Position numbers and translations under genes: made by a program
Part shown: in pieces, positions 62,941-64,000 of the stretch
How positions within the stretch are numbered: position 1 is the first letter of the stretch
Layout of the letters: the number at the start of each line of letters is the position of its first letter
Notes under the pieces: generated by a model
Databases searched by the model: none
The model's input: the letters and a program-made list of their open reading frames with translations, nothing else
What the model was told of the DNA's origin: nothing
Assembly (NCBI GenBank): GCA_038087875.1
Contig: CM075990.1
Location: forward strand, 10,168,001-10,232,000
Origin: Malacoraja senta
Taxonomy: Eukaryota
Length of the DNA: 64,000 bases
Direction: 5' to 3'

Positions 62941-64000
62941 ATTTCACTCTGACCATGAAGATAACAGCATCAACACCACCAAACATATTTGTGTTCAATG
63001 TTCACTCAAGACTAATGTCATTAACAATTGTTTCATGCTGGTGTTTTGGTGGAAATTAATACAATGCTCTACTCTCTCATCGTTTGTCTGAACTTGACAT
63101 TGTTTGATTCACAGCTTCAATAAAATATCTCCAGAAGTCAAAATGACTTTGGATCCATACCAAATTATGAAACGCAAGGATCCTTAAGGGGACAATATGT
63201 TTCGTAAGTGGGAACATGAAGATCTATTTCAAGTTATGAACTGCCAACGCTTCTCAATATGAAGCATATGAAATACCTAAAAACCCCAACACTAAGCTTC
63301 AAAGCCTTGTTGGATGATTAAAAAAGACTGGGTGGCTAAAGAAAAACATTAGGAATCAGTTTTTTTTAATTTTAGTTTCTTTCTTTATAAGTTAGTAGTA
63401 TTTACATTAACGACTTGCATATGAACTGATAGGGAAAAATGTGGTAAATTTTGCAATGTTTGAAATGAAATGCATATTTGTGACCAAAACAATCCAACCC
63501 TAAATTGGACAATGAGAACAGCAATAAAGGGAACTGGTACAAAATACCTTGGACATAGTTTGAGCTCTCCCCGCTGCTTAGATAACATATGGAATAGAGT
63601 TACAGAGAATATAATTGACTTGAGGTGAAATAACACCTCCAAGAAGCTCTAGTGCTGAGAAGGACTGAAGATTACAGTGGTGTTAATAGCAATGTTTTTC
63701 ACAGGGAACAGAAGGAACCCAGTATTCCTGAAATTAGGATCAACAGGTTGTGCAGCAAGGGGCAGTATTCGATGAAGTCATGTCCATAACTGAAGAGTTA
63801 TACATGTCCTCTGGGGAATGGGTTTAATGAGGCGAATAACCTTCTCCAATATTCTTAATTCCTTGCACATTCCACTTCGGCAAATAAATTGTTCTCCAAT
63901 TCCGCATGTCCTAACTGCCACACTACATTATTGTAAGAAAATCTGCCAAAATCTTCCAACACAGAAGTAGACGGTTATGGAGGTTGAAGCAAAAATAAGC

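Noticed and set aside
285-63642. Most supplied six-frame ORFs (60-165 aa) as independent genes
   Set aside because: They are chance ORFs in intron or repeat DNA (many start at non-ATG codons) or transposon remnants. Only parts of 8374..8586 and 8715..8900 contain real collagen exons in frame.

Overview
Eukaryotic genomic DNA, most likely a skate or ray. The taxon is inferred only from the repeat content: HE1-type SINEs, HER1/CR1 LINEs and abundant Penelope-derived ends. The window is mostly intron of one minus-strand gene, a membrane-associated collagen with interrupted triple helices (MACIT; COL13A1/COL23A1/COL25A1 family). I found 17 small GT-AG coding exons (8-102 nt, 671 nt total) from 53599 down to 2503. 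They splice into one open frame: (G)[223 protein letters not shown], i.e. COL1, NC2 and the start of COL2. The transmembrane/NC1 exon(s) should lie beyond 64000 and the remaining exons before position 1. The introns hold CR1, Rex1/Babar and Penelope retroelement fragments, SINEs, a decayed Harbinger transposase, a palindromic MITE and a 204-N gap. Nearly all supplied ORFs are spurious or transposon remnants. The most notable observations are: an exon set mixing COL13-like and COL23/25-like features; an 8-nt frame-restoring microexon; a 35-bp piece of local intron copied in inverted orientation into the loop of a Penelope-derived hairpin so that the two copies bracket that microexon; and degenerate hammerhead-ribozyme cores in the Penelope ends. 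Homology calls come from recalled human sequences and motifs, not from database searches.
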